Of a stretch of DNA of 64,000 bases, positions 47,491 through 60,077 are shown piece after piece. The DNA comes from Phyllobates terribilis (lineage: Eukaryota). The stretch lies in the NCBI RefSeq assembly GCF_046119375.1, contig NW_027362768.1:14570001-14634000 (forward strand). Direction: 5' to 3'. A program made the position numbers and the translations under genes. Position 1 is the first letter of the stretch. Each line of letters begins with the position of its first letter. The notes under the pieces were generated by a model. It saw only the letters and a list, made by a program, of their open reading frames with translations, did not search any database and had not been told where the DNA came from.

Positions 47491-50400
47491 TAGTTTATAG
47501 ATATGACCATTTTTGACAACTACCTCTTACTCTAATAACAGACCAAACAGAGGAAGAACTTTGCAGTAAATGAGGTGCAGGACACTGCATGTAAGTTCAC
47601 GTGTGACTCCTTGCCAATGCCTGTTATTCTATCACTGTACTATCCTAGTGCTCTTATTCATCGATTTATCTCTCTGTCTGATCCTTTGTTCAACGTTTAT
47701 TCTATTATATAATTCTTCTGGACTTGACTTAGGGATTGTTGAACGCTATCTGCCTGACGTCTCTGCCTGACCTCCTTGTCTTGAAATCTGCTCCTTTCTG
47801 ACCAAGTTATAGGCTCCAATTTTGCCTTTATCCCTGTTTATCTGGCACCAATTTGGTTGGTTAACATTCTCATCTCGATTGGCTAGCAGCTAGTCTATGA
47901 ACACAATCCAGGGGTCCCTGCAGTGAAGACCACAAAAAAAGGATATATAGCATCCATATCTCAACTCTACTACCTCTGCATTCATTGCTAGTTGATGCTG
48001 CACTTTCATTTTGGATGATGGGGAATGACACAAGAGCAGTGGATTTCTGGACTTGTGGTGTCGTCCAGGCAGGGAACTTGTGGTTTAATACCTAACTTTG
48101 TTGTAATTAGCTCCTTGCTGTGAAATTGGCATACATATTTCTAAAAACAATAGAGGAGATTTATCAAGCCGAAAAGCAAACTTTATCCCAATAAAGAAAT
48201 GTCTTCAAAAGGATTGTAAGAGCATAGGTATTTGATGACTTAACTGCACGATATGTTATCAAAAGCATATCGGTGGAGGTCCAACACCCGATGCACCACA
48301 ACAATCTGTTGTTTTTTGCTCCGGCAGCTTCATGCAAAGTGCAACTGTATTCAAAGTTTAATGGCCACTGCCGGCTGTTGTCAGTTATTGCAGTAGAGCT
48401 TCTATTCAAAAGAACAGGAGCCATGCTGCAGAATGAAACTGCACTTATGTCTCTATTAAAAGTGTTTATATCCAGGCAATGCTTTTGCAAAAAACAGCTT
48501 GGGGGTGGGTATTGGCCTTAGACCAATCTGCTTTTGATTATGTATTCATGAGATAGGTCATCTAAAACCTATGTTTGGACTACTACTTAAATGATTACAC
48601 CATATTTACCATGTGTTTTGTACACTTTATGTGCCTTTTGCTATAAAAATATCAAATTAAATGGAGTGCTCCATAGTGTAAATCTGAATGGTAAATAATG
48701 CTAAGATGGTAATTACTCGTCCTGGGGAGTTGTACAGACATCAGGCGCATCTCTGGGATGCGCCTAGGAAAATCCTCGCTCAGCCTGGTTGCTGCTCCAC
48801 TATGATGGACTATCAACTATGAGTATAATGAATCCAGGAAGGTGCTACAAAAAAGAAGCGCCGCTGAGAAAGGCGTGCATAGTGACGCGCCCCTGGGCCT
48901 GCTGTGTCGTGCGGCATCGCGTGCACGGGGCTTACCCGGAGCCGGATCAGATGGGGGTAGTAGTCTCGTGGCGGTGACCCGGTCCGTGCCCAGGGAGTCA
49001 AGCTGAGTGGCAGTCTTTAGCAGTAGATGTTAGAATGTTCGACTACGCCACCCGTTGAATGCGGCTATGAAGCCGCCGCTGCAGGGCAGACCGCTGAGGC
49101 CGGTGGTAAGGTTGTGCAGCGTAGCTGGTATAACCCCCAACGGGAGGGGTATGGCCTCAGGGCAGCAGATGTGGAGATTGTGGTAGTGATGGTGCAGCAA
49201 GGAAGCTCAGAGACGTGTGGTGCAGTTCAAGGCTTTTACTCACAGGTGTTGCTCCGGTCACTTCGGCCAGCAGTGACCACCCGAGCCGTGCTGCGTCCAC
49301 GAGGTGCGGGACTCGGCCAACCCCCAGGCAGTTCCAGAGCGTGGTCCCAAGCTCCCCTCTATTCCTTCCTACGGGCCGTCCTCACCAGGGACCCACCTTT
49401 GTCCGGCTCCCTCGGGTCTTTTGGTGGCGAAACCTTTCCCGGCTTCCCTGACCCTATGCGTGGTTTGCCTTCCTGGTGGATATGGTGAGGGGTCGCGCCA
49501 AAACTTGTCCACGACCTCCGGTTCCTGGCTAAGGATGTTTAGCCTCTACCAGTTTGGGATCCGGTACCCTCTTCTGCCAACCCTTCACCCGTCTTAGTTC
49601 ACTTGTGGGATCTCAGGGTTCCCTCTAATTGTGTCTCTGGGCCTTTCACTGGGTTTTTCCTCTTCTTCCTCTTTCTCTGCGCTTCAGGCCTGGCCCTGGA
49701 GCTGGGCCCAGCCGGAGCCACAGCTCCCTGTCAGCCCTCTCTGGCTGAACTCTCCCTCAGCTTCTCCTCAGACTCAACCCCCTCTCTCCAGATGGTGCCC
49801 ACCTCTTATACTCCCTCTGACACCCGAGCCCAGGTGACTAGCACCCAATGGGCTCCTACCAATGCCCAGAGTCCCTCCCCTGTCTGCTCCTACACTACTG
49901 GGATGTTCCTCCCCACCTCCCACTCCAGCCAGGGACAGACGCTGTCGTACCTGCACATCTATCTGGTGGGAGTACCGTTGTTCTGTCCCCCGGAAATGGG
50001 ATGAGTGTAGTGCATGCAGCTAACTGAGCTCGGTCCCACACTCCATCCTTACCCGGGAGTGGAATACCACACCTCTGGTTCGAGGTGCAATACCCCTGTA
50101 GCAGCCGAGTCCTCGGGGTGCTACATTCCCCCCTGGTAAATCACAGCACGTCCTCGGGCTGTAAAAGAATAAAACAAAACATACAAAATTTTTTTTTAAA
50201 GTACACACTAACATATAAAACATTATAAAAAACATTATCAGAAAAATATAACGTTACAGGTAACTTTTTTTTTTAGATTACTATCTTAGCAGCATAAACT
50301 TTTGATATAAAACTTTTCCATATAAAGCATTCTTGTTCCTCCGGCCACGGTGCAACTTATGACCGGGTAAAGTGCAACAGTCACTAGAGAAAAACAGTTC

Positions 50401-50652
50401 TTTATAAAACCAAAAGGGGGCGCTTTAGGAAGCGCAACTATTTACAGGGTATGGCCGCTCTCAGTCCTTGGCCAGTGGGGATAGGGGAATGGCTGCTCAC
50501 AGTCCTCAGCCTGGTAAGGGATAGGGGCACACAGGAAACAGTTCTTTTAAACAGTTCCACACTAGTCCCAACGGGGACCATACTCTGATTAGCAGCATGT
50601 CAAGTACCCTTACGGGTAACTATTTACAGTACTTTATTTGGGCTACTTCCCT

Positions 50653-51219
50653 TCAGTAGCGGTGTTCTCTCCGTGCTCCCTCCTGAGGGTAGTCTTCAGA
50701 CCCGTCCGGGTCCTCTTGGCTTTCCTCATACTGCAACTCCTCCTCAGTTAGCCGGTGTACGTGAAGGGCGTACGGTCCTTCGGCACACTCATGCCGGGTG
50801 AAGACTTGCGGCAGGGTCTGGAGAAGGCCGCTGTTGATGACGCCCGGGGTCAGAGGGTGCGACTTTGGGCCTGGGCTGGTGGTGGTGGTGCCCAGGGCTG
50901 GAGGGCTCGGCTGCAGGGCTTGTGGCGGGGTCTGAAGCAGGTCGGTGTCTGCAGCGCCCGGGATCGGCGGCTCCACCAGGGGGCCCGGGAGCAGGCTGAC
51001 GCTGGCAGCGTCCGGGACAGGGAGACTCCTTTTACCTGCTCCCGCGACCGCTCCTTCGTCACGCGTCTTCTCCTGGCGCTGGTCGGGGCCGGAGACGACT
51101 GGGGCACTGCCGATGCTGGGCAGCTTAGTCTGCTGCCGGTCCGCCATCTTGCTGTCCGTTCCTGGTGTCCTCCTCCCCCCTGGTGGACCGTGGCCTACCT
51201 TCCGGAGATCCGCTTCCAT
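50653..51219 (-). CDS. Hypothetical Pro/Gly-rich 188-aa ORF on the sense strand of the LTR element; no recognisable domain
   Basis: ATG-initiated ORF in the internal region. The high GC content makes a chance ORF plausible. Confidence 0.25.
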   Translation of the reverse strand: MEADLRKVGHGPPGGRRTPGTDSKMADRQQTKLPSIGSAPVVSGPDQRQEKTRDEGAVAGAGKRSLPVPDAASVSLLPGPLVEPPIPGAADTDLLQTPPQALQPSPPALGTTTTSPGPKSHPLTPGVINSGLLQTLPQVFTRHECAEGPYALHVHRLTEEELQYEESQEDPDGSEDYPQEGARREHRY

Positions 51220-51407
51220 AGGCCGCGGCTCCGCAGTGGATCGTCAGGGTTGAGGACCTTCCGTCGCGCTCCTGTGACGTCGGCGTCTGCTGGGCTCCTT
51301 CCAGGACCTTACGCAACGTCCGGACGTGAGGCGGAGCTTCAGTTCTCGCGCGCTTTCAGAGTCCACGCCCCTCTTCTTCCCGCGCGGCGTCTTCAAGATG
51401 GAGCCCA

Positions 51408-51590
51408 ATGGCGGGAAAACTCCACGGATGGCGGGAAGAAGGCAGAAGATGGCGCCGGATGGCGGGAAAACTTCGCGGATGGCGGGAAGAAGGCAGAAGA
51501 TGGCGCCGGATGGCGGGAAAACTTCGCGGATGGCGGGAAGAAGGTAGAAGATGGCGCCGGATGGCGGGAAACCTCCACGGATGGCGGAAA
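51408..51590. repeat. 51-bp tandem repeat (~3.5 units) rich in ATGGCG motifs
   Basis: atggcgggaaaacttcgcgg-atggcgggaagaaggcagaag-atggcgccgg, repeated. Confidence 0.9.
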
Positions 51591-53153
51591 TCTTCACCAC
51601 TGGTAAGTTTGAACAGTCTTTTTCAGGCACGCAGTACCCGATGGTTGCGGGCACGAAATCCTGCCGACTACGCAAAAAGTTGACGCGCCCCTGGGCCTGC
51701 TGTGTCGTGCGGCATCGCGCGCACGGGGGCTTACCCGGAGCCGGATCAGATGGGGGTAGTAGTCTCGTGGCGGTGACCCGGTCCTTGCCCAGGGAGTCAA
51801 GCTGAGCGGCAGTCTTTAGCAGTAGATGTTAGAATGTTCGACTACGCCACCCGTTGAATGCGGCTATGAAGCCGCCGCTGCAGGGCAGACCGCTGAGGCC
51901 AGTGGTAAGGTTGTGCAGCATAGCTGGTATAACCCCCAACGGGAGGGGTATGGCCTCAGGGCAGCAGATGTGGAGATTGTGGTAGTGATGGTGCAGCAAG
52001 GAAGCTCAGAGACGTGTGGTGCAGTTCAAGGCTTTTACTCACAGGTGTTGCTCCGGTCACTTCGGCCAGCAGTGACCACCCGAGCCGTGCTGCGTCCACC
52101 AGGTGCGGGACTCGGCCAACCCCCAGGCAGTTCCAGAGCGTGGTCCCAAGCTCCCCTCTATTCCTTCCTACGGGCCGTCCTCACCAGGGACCCACCTTTG
52201 TCCGGCTCCCTCGGGTCTTTTGGTGGCGAAACCTTTCCCGGCTTCCCTGACCCTATGCGTGGTTTGCCTTCCTGGTGGATATGGTGAGGGGTCGCGCCAA
52301 AACTTGTCCACGACCTCCGGTTCCTGGCTAAGGATGTTTAGCCTCTACCAGTTTGGGATCCGGTACCCTCTTCTGCCAACCCTTCACCCGTCTTAGTTCA
52401 CTTGTGGGATCTCAGGGTTCCCTCTAATTGTGTCTCTGGGCCTTTCACTGGGTTTTTCCTCTTCTTCCTCTTTCTCTGCGCTTCAGGCCTGGCCCTGGAG
52501 CTGGGCCCAGCCGGAGCCACAGCTCCCTGTCAGCCCTCTCTGGCTGAACTCTCCCTCAGCTTCTCCTCAGACTCAACCCCCTCTCTCCAGATGGTGCCCA
52601 CCTCTTATACTCCCTCTGACACCCGAGCCCAGGTGACTAGCACCCAATGGGCTCCTACCAATGCCCAGAGTCCCTCCCCTGTCTGCTCCTACACTACTGG
52701 GATGTTCCTCCCCCCCTCCCACTCCAGCCAGGGACAGACGCTGTCGTACCTGCACATCTATCTGGTGGGAGTACCGTTGTTCTGTCCCCCGGAAATGGGA
52801 TGAGTGTAGTGCATGCAGCTAACTGAGCTCGGTCCCACACTCCATCCTTACCCGGGAGTGGAATACCACACCTCTGGTTCGAGGTGCAATACCCCTGTAG
52901 CAGCCGAGTCCTCGGGGTGCTACAATAGCATGAATAAAAAATGTATATGAAGTAACCTGATCGAAACGTGTTGTGTGTGTTTATAATATAATAAATCACA
53001 TGGTAAAACTGGAGAGACAAAAAGAGCACATAGGGTCTTACCTGATAACCAAGTGATATAAAATATTATAGATACGCTCACCTGATGGGGTTGTGACAGT
53101 CATAACTCCTATAGATGCATATAAAGGCTGCAGCAGGACCACCAAGGAGATAC

Positions 53154-53330
53154 ATTACAATAAATGAGGAATATGGTGGTTCAGAGTCCGTGCTGCCCAA
53201 GGTTCAATGATACTATCACACACGGAGGTGAAGCCTTAACTGCATTCATGCTTCAACTCCATGTGTGATAGTATCTTTGAACCTTGGGCAGCCCAGACTC
53301 TGAACTACCATATCCCTCATTTATTGCAAT
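53154..53330. repeat. Inverted repeat, ~80-bp arms with a 15-nt loop
   Basis: attacaataaatgagg...ggaggtgaagc pairs with gcttcaactcc...cctcatttattgcaat with ~8 mismatches. Confidence 0.85.
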
Positions 53331-54459
53331 TTATAATATAATACACATTTTTTTTATTTATGGCATATCACATATGCCTGTTTTGGAAGTGCTTCTATAT
53401 TTTTATAGTACATAGGTGGATCCCATTACAGCTGTAATATATTATTTTGCTATTCAGCGATCATGACTGTTTCAGCATTGTAAATTGTGGTTACTCTATA
53501 TTTTGATCTTATGAAACCAGCCTTATTCATATACTGCTTAGATAGTGCTTAGGTAAGCCAAAACAAATTTGATGGGGTAGTCAGAAACATAGATAATGAT
53601 GACCATTCCAAAGGATGGGTCATCAATATGAGATTGGTGGTGGCCTGGCACTTGCACAGGACATTGCTTACATGTGGATGCTGAAAATATCAGATGTTCG
53701 TTGGGAATGCTGGAGATTGGACTCCTCAGGATCACATATCAATGGCTTATCCAATGAATAGGCCATTAATATATCAGTCGTGGAAACTCTTTTAATTTAT
53801 ATTTTAATGAGCATTATGCTTGGTTGGTTCCAGATGTAGCTAATATGCAACCACCGATGACCCACCATTTAGCACGTTCTCTGACCCATTTATGTAGCTG
53901 TTATATTAAAATATGTAATACTGAATTAGAAAAATATCGCTTACTAATAACATCACCTTATGAAGTCTATATCCCTGATATCAAGATAATTATGATGCTC
54001 CATAGAGCCAGTGCCATGCTAAATTAAAGCTAAATCAATTTTTTCATACATGCGATCCCAATACTTAGAGAATCTATTCATTTCAGATTGATGAGTGGCT
54101 GAACAGATGGATAATAAGTAGAGTTCAGCAAAAATATTTGCAGGACTCTGGTTAAGCCACCACATCAGTAGTCCATGACCAACAGTCCAATAACCTCATA
54201 ACCTCCTACTAACTGTAACCTTCCAAGTATCTTGTTTAAGTAGAAAGCCACCATGACATCCTACGTGCGTTGAGCCACCACATATTGATGTCATGGTATT
54301 CTACTAATTCTACTAATAGCAAGAGAAGCAAGGGATGTTATAGCTAGTAGGAAGTTCAAGGGGCTCTGGCCACAGATTAAGTATATGACCTTTGTGTTCA
54401 ACTCTGATAGATAGAAATATAGATAGATGGATGCATAGATAGATATATAGATAGAGAGA

Positions 54460-54612
54460 NNNNNNNNNNNNNNNNNNNNNNNNNNNNNNNNNNNNNNNNN
54501 NNNNNNNNNNNNNNNNNNNNNNNNNNNNNNNNNNNNNNNNNNNNNNNNNNNNNNNNNNNNNNNNNNNNNNNNNNNNNNNNNNNNNNNNNNNNNNNNNNNN
54601 NNNNNNNNNNNN
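54460..54612. other. Assembly gap next to a GATA repeat
   Basis: Run of N. Confidence 1.
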
Positions 54613-54882
54613 AAAAGAGTGTACAGAAGTTGATATCTATTTATAAGCCCATTGTGGCGACGTTTTGGTTCCAACATGTGAACCTTTTTCAAGCAGTCAG
54701 CATAGTGCAAAGACCATATATTTAAAGGTGCAGTGATTACAAAAATAATTATTGATCATCAATAAAACACATGTACATCACATATAGCATCATAATACAA
54801 AATAATATGCCTTTATGAATACATTTTTTTTTACCTGGATGGTTTGGTATGTATTTCTTGAAGTTTCTGCTCTATTTTTCTA

Positions 54883-54907
54883 GATAGATAGATATATGGA
54901 TAAAGAT

Positions 54908-54948
<41 letters not shown>

Positions 54949-54957
54949 GGATAAATA
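54883..54957. repeat. (GATA)n microsatellite, left of the Tc1
   Basis: Direct reading. Confidence 0.95.
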
Positions 54958-54959
54958 TA

Positions 54960-56516
54960 CACTGCTTAAAAAAAGTAAAGGGAACACTTAAACAACACAA
55001 TGTAACTCCAAGTCAATAACACTTCTGTGAAATCACCCTGTCCAGTTATGAAGCAACACTGATTGTGAAACAATTTCTCCTGCTGTTGTGCAAATGGAAT
55101 AGACAATCGGTAGAAATTATAGACAATTAGTAAGATACCCCCTATAAAGGAGTGGTTCTGCAGGTGGTGACCAAAGACCATTTCTCTGTTCTCATCCTTT
55201 TTGGCTGCTGTTTTGGTCACGTTTTCATTTTGCCATTGCTCTCACCCCTAGAGGTACAGTAGCATGAGGCGGTGTCTACAGTACAACCCACAGAAGTTGC
55301 TCAGGTAGTGCAGTTCATTCAGGACGGCACATCAGTGCAAGCTGTGGCAAGAAGGGTAGCTTTGTCTAGAGCATGTAGCAGATACCAGGAGATGTGGAGG
55401 GAGCCATAGGAGGGCAACAACCCAGCAGCAGGACCGTTACCTCCTCATTTGTGCAAAGAGGAACCGGAGGAGCACTCCCAGAGCCCTGCAAAATGACCTC
55501 CAGCAGGCCACAAATGTGCATGTGTCTACACAAACAGTTAGAAACCGACTCCATGAGGGTGGTATGAGGGCTCGACGTCCACAGATGGGGGTTGTACTCA
55601 CAGTCCAACACCATGCAGGACGCTTGGCATTTGCCAGAGAACACCAGGATTGGCAAAGTCGCCACAGGCGCCCTGTGCTCTTCACAGATGAAAGCAGGTT
55701 CACACTGAGCACATGTGACGGACGTGACAGAGGCTGGAGACGCTGTGGAGAGCGATCTGCTGCCTGCAACATCCTTCAGCATGACCGGTTTGGCAGTGGG
55801 ACAGTAATGGTGTGGGGTGGCATTTCTTTGGAGGGCCGCACAGCCCTCCATGTGCGCGCCAGAGGTAGTATGACTGCCATTAGGTACCGAGATGAGATCG
55901 TCAGACCCCTTGTGAGACCATATGCTGGTGCGGTTGGCCCTGGGTTCCTCCTAATGCAAGACAATGCCAGACCTCATGTGCCTGGAGTGTGTCAGCAGTT
56001 CCTGCAAGATGAAGGCATTGAAGCTATGGACTGGCCCGCCCATTCCCCAGACGTGAATCCGATTGAGCACATCTGGGACATCATGTCTCGCTCCTTCCAC
56101 CAACGTCACGTTGCACCACAGACTGTCCAGGAGTTGGCAGATGCTTTAGTCCAGGTCTGAGTGGAGATCCCACAGGAGACCATCCGCAACCTCCTCAGGA
56201 GCATGCCCAGGCGTTGTAGGGAGGTCAGACAGGCACGTGGAGGCCACACAGAATACTGAGCCTCATTTTGACTTGTTTTAAGGACATTACATCAAAGTTG
56301 GATCAGTCTGTAGTGTGTTTTTACACTTGAATTTTGGGGGTGACTCCAAATCCAGGCCTCCATTGGTTAATAGATTTGATTTCCATTGATGATTTTTGTG
56401 TGATTTTGTTGTCAGCACATTCAACTTTGTACAGAACAAAGTATTCAATGAGAATATTTCATTCATACAGATCTAGGATGTGTTATTTGAGTGTTCCCTT
56501 TATTTTTTGAGCAGTG
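54960..56516 (+). mobile_element. Tc1 transposon, same family as 4012-5494, 5' part of transposase disrupted
   Basis: TA|cactgcttaaaaaaagtaaagggaacact ... agtgttccctttattttttgagcagtg|TA. The 214-aa ORF 55516-56160 contains [15 protein letters not shown] and SPDVNPIEH (DD34E type). Confidence 0.93.
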
Positions 56517-56526
56517 TAGATAGATG

Positions 56527-56596
<70 letters not shown>
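56517..56596. repeat. (GATA)n microsatellite, right of the Tc1
   Basis: Direct reading. Confidence 0.97.
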
Positions 56597-57350
56597 AAGA
56601 AAATGAAAAAAGAGGCAGCACTCCAATATAAGCAAAAAGAAAAAAGGCCCTTTAATAGCCCATGTGGCGTGGCAACGTTTCGGTGACATAGAACCTTTCT
56701 CAAGCAGTGAACATAGCCATGTGAGAGGTATATATAGGAGTGTTACAACTTTGTATAATCACAGTCTCATTAATATAAGTATCAAAAAATCCATACTACA
56801 TATCATCATGTGCAGTATGTAAAAAAAAATACAGAACAATTAAAGTGCTAGTGACAAAATAGAACGTTGAGAAACATAAATATTTAATTTATCCATCATA
56901 AAGTGCTACAGTACATTAATAGAACAATATTGAGTACATGTGTGCGCATGATTAGAAGAAAGACTCACCCATCATTATAATCATTATAATCAGAGGGATA
57001 AAAATGCCAATATCTGCATCCAAGAAGTGCTACTGCACATGTCTGCGCTTTTCATAGCTTGTTAGCGAATAGAAAATCATCTAACTCAAAAAAACTTTTG
57101 TGCAGGCGTGAGCACCTGAGGATCGTGGACGCCATCTTGGAAAAGGGCAAATCTTCCCAAAGTTGTTTACATCAATGCTGCAAGTATTTGAATCGAAAAA
57201 AAATACATAGAAGCTGTTTCAGGAGGGAAACAAATCCCTATGCAGCAGTTATTATGATGATATAAGCATTTTAGCAATAGATTATATATTTAAAGGGGCC
57301 ATGCTGAAGGAAGATATAACTTTCTATTATGCCCATTTAATTTGAGTCAT
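56597..57350 (-). mobile_element. Probable Penelope-like 3' terminal remnant with a hammerhead-like motif at 56672-56705
   Basis: Minus strand reads GC TTGAGAA A GGT tctatgtc ACC GAAA CGTT GC. Related motifs occur at 54657-54694 and 60718-60752. Confidence 0.5.
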
Positions 57351-57358
57351 CCACCATA

Positions 57359-58455
57359 TGACGCGCCCCCAGGGCCGTGGGGTACTCGGCAGCCGGGCCT
57401 CTGGTTGCCGGGGGATATCATGGCGGCTTTCCCGGTCCGTGGCCCAGGGCGGTCACTTAAAAGGGGGGAATGTTTATAGGGGATTTGTCGTGACGCTACC
57501 TGTGGATTCTGGTAAGAGGTTACCAGCGCTGCGGCAGTCCACTGAGGCTGATGTTAGGGGCAGCTATGATGGGACGGCTCCCCACAGGTGAAGCAGGACT
57601 CACGGCAGTGTAGAGGTGTAGAAAGATGGTGGAAGCAGGAGAGAGACGGCAGGACGGTCCCAGAGGAAGTACAGGCACACACACAAGGGCAAACTTCAAT
57701 ACCTTTACTTGTGGTGATGCAAGTACGGTCCAGGGCACTCAGGGCGAAGGGCACACTTCTGGACTCTCCCCAGTGAGCGGGTGTAAGGCCTCCTGATCTG
57801 TGTCTTTTACTCTCTAAGCTTCGGGCCTGCCTGGAGCTAGGCCTGGCTTGCTTACTGCTTCCTTCTTGTACCTACTGACCTGGCGGTAGGGTTTTCTCCT
57901 GGTTCCCACTATTCCTGGTCGCTGGAGCCTTAGTGGTACCTAACCCTGTTGCTGTGGTCAGCGGTTGGTTAACCAGGGATTACGGTTGTTCCTATTGGTC
58001 ATAAAGATCCCTGTAGGCGCGGACCCGGTGTCCGGTATATGGTTCGGGGTGAGCCTGTTATGCTCCTCTGCCCCCTATGCGTTTCTCTTTCTTCTCCTCA
58101 GTCTGCAGACTCTCTCATGCAGACTCCCTGAGCAGACTCTCTGAGTTCTGTCCCTGTCTGTGCCTGACAGGAAATCTCACTTGCCTTCTAGCCCTCTCCT
58201 GGCTCTCACTGGCCAGACTAGCCCGCAGCTTGGGCCTAGCCTGGCCTTCAGCCACACAGACTTCAGGTTGTCTGGATCTGCAGCATGGTGTCACACTGTC
58301 TGACTTACTGAACTTCAGCCCCCAGTATATATATACCTGACAGGGCTCCATCTAGTGGACTTGGGTGGAGGTGTCTGCATGTATTGAGGCCACTGAGAAT
58401 TCCATCCATACACCCCTCTGGGATCTGTGGCACCAGTGCGCAGCAGGGCGCCACA
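57359..58455 (-). mobile_element. Solo LTR (1097 bp), distantly related to the LTRs at 48883 and 9621
   Basis: TGACGCG...GCCACA ends; TSD CATA at 57355-57358 and 58456-58459. Confidence 0.85.
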
Positions 58456-58584
58456 CATATCCAGTGCATTACACAAGCACCAAGGAGATAATGGGAAAGT
58501 CACTGTAAACAAATAGGTGGAGAGAGTTAGAAAAAATATATTTAGAAAGACAGAATAGATAGAAAGGCAAACAGACTGATCGAT

Positions 58585-58840
58585 CATACTTGCCAACTTT
58601 TGGTGGCTTGGTCTTTAAGGGCATCGAAAAATATTTCCCGCATAATCATGACCCTTTTTCTGCTTGTGCCCCTTAACATTCTGCTTTTTATCCCCTTAAT
58701 ATGTGTTTTGATGACTGGCATTATGTAGAAGAGACTTTCAGAAGTGAGACTTTTTGGGAGGTTTTCCAGCCCTCTCCTAGTTTGTGATGTCTCTCTTTTT
58801 CAGGAGCCTCCTAGAAATTAAGGGAGAGTTGGGTGATATG
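58585..58840. mobile_element. Small MITE-like element between GATA/GACA repeats
   Basis: Imperfect terminal inverted repeats catacttgccaac / gttgggtgatatg. Confidence 0.4.
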
Positions 58841-60077
58841 AAATAGATAGATTAGATAGACAGACGGACAGATAGATAAGCATTATGTTGAATACAATCA
58901 TTTTAGCACAAAACTTTTCCAGTGAGCAAACAACTTAGATCCATGCATCTCTATGAACTTGTGTCAGTCATTTATAACACTGCTGTATTTAAAGCAGGTC
59001 ACTCAAATAAAACTAAATATATTACAAAAAAGCAACTAGATGACAATGTTATTCAAACCACACCTGTTTTGATGATAATATTAGTACAGTTTCTGCATAA
59101 AATGTACCTGCAGGAATTTTTATCTGCGTATTTTCTACCCATTCTCTCAGCAAATCCCATTACCAAGCAGCACCCTTGGGTGCAAGCCTTGTCAAAATTT
59201 ATCAAGCGGAGAGGCGGCTGCTATGCTTCTGACCCTGTGCTCTGACACTGCAGATCCTAATCTGTGACTACAGCTTTCACTTAGAATCCAGACTTCAAGC
59301 AGCAAGTGTAATGCATAATTCAGCAGGTACAATATGTCCTAACTCTGCATCCAGGGAACGGAAAAAAAAATATCTCTGTGCAGACGTCCCCTTGTTTCAA
59401 AGAGTCAAAAAGTGCTCCAGATGTCAGGATCCTCCTCAGAGCGCATCCTCTCGGTTTTCCCCTGGGCCGCATGAACTGATTTCCCTCCCAAAGATGTTTC
59501 TTTTTCAGTTTTTCTCATAGGTTCTTTCTTTGTTTTGCCATTCCGTCAAGGGCGGGGGTTGCCATGGAGATGGAATGAGATGTCCTGCTGTTTTCACCTT
59601 TGCTGTCTTGTTTGGTACAGATCGCTGTCCTCAGACCAAACGTGGTGGATGAGATGCACATACAGATGTCTGATTTCCTGGCAGCTGGTCTCCAGGGCCT
59701 GCTATAACACAGCACTTCACAATCTGGCATTCATCCTCTCTCTCACTCTCTAATGGCCCCATCACATGTCTCTCTGCCTTTCTGATCTTTCTTTTAAGTG
59801 GGACAAAGCATCGCATGAAAGTATATTTCTGAAAGCTTTCATGTCCGACCCCTTTACCTAAACTGTTAAAATAACGGAGCTTCTACCTGCTAATATAAAA
59901 ACCCTTAGTAAAGAGGTCAAATTCTATAGGATCAGATTAATCACTTGTAATAGCTTACATCTCTATTGCTAACACATTATTATTCAAGCACATCATTATT
60001 TGTCTAAGACTATGAAAAGAGAGCAACGCAATAGGATGTACTGCAGTATGGCACTAAATCCTAGTCCTTACATTATG

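Larger units (their letters stand above)
48883..52924 (-). mobile_element. Young non-autonomous LTR retrotransposon (no pol), 4042 bp
   Basis: LTRs 48883-50125 and 51681-52924 with ~8 differences seen. TG...CA ends, TSD ATAG (48879-48882 and 52925-52928), tRNA-Ser-type PBS at ~51657-51675, PPT-like G tract next to 50126. Confidence 0.93.

Noticed and set aside
50755-51606. 283-aa plus-strand ORF in the LTR element interior
   Set aside because: Antisense to the element, GC-rich, partly made of the 51-bp repeat, and has no domain.
48860-52975. Hammerhead split by the LTR insertion (ctgagaaaggc ... cgaaacg)
   Set aside because: The reconstructed empty site does not give a convincing stem II next to GAAA or a stem I.
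54291-54710. ORFs spanning N runs (also 60000-60315)
   Set aside because: Artefacts of translating through assembly gaps.
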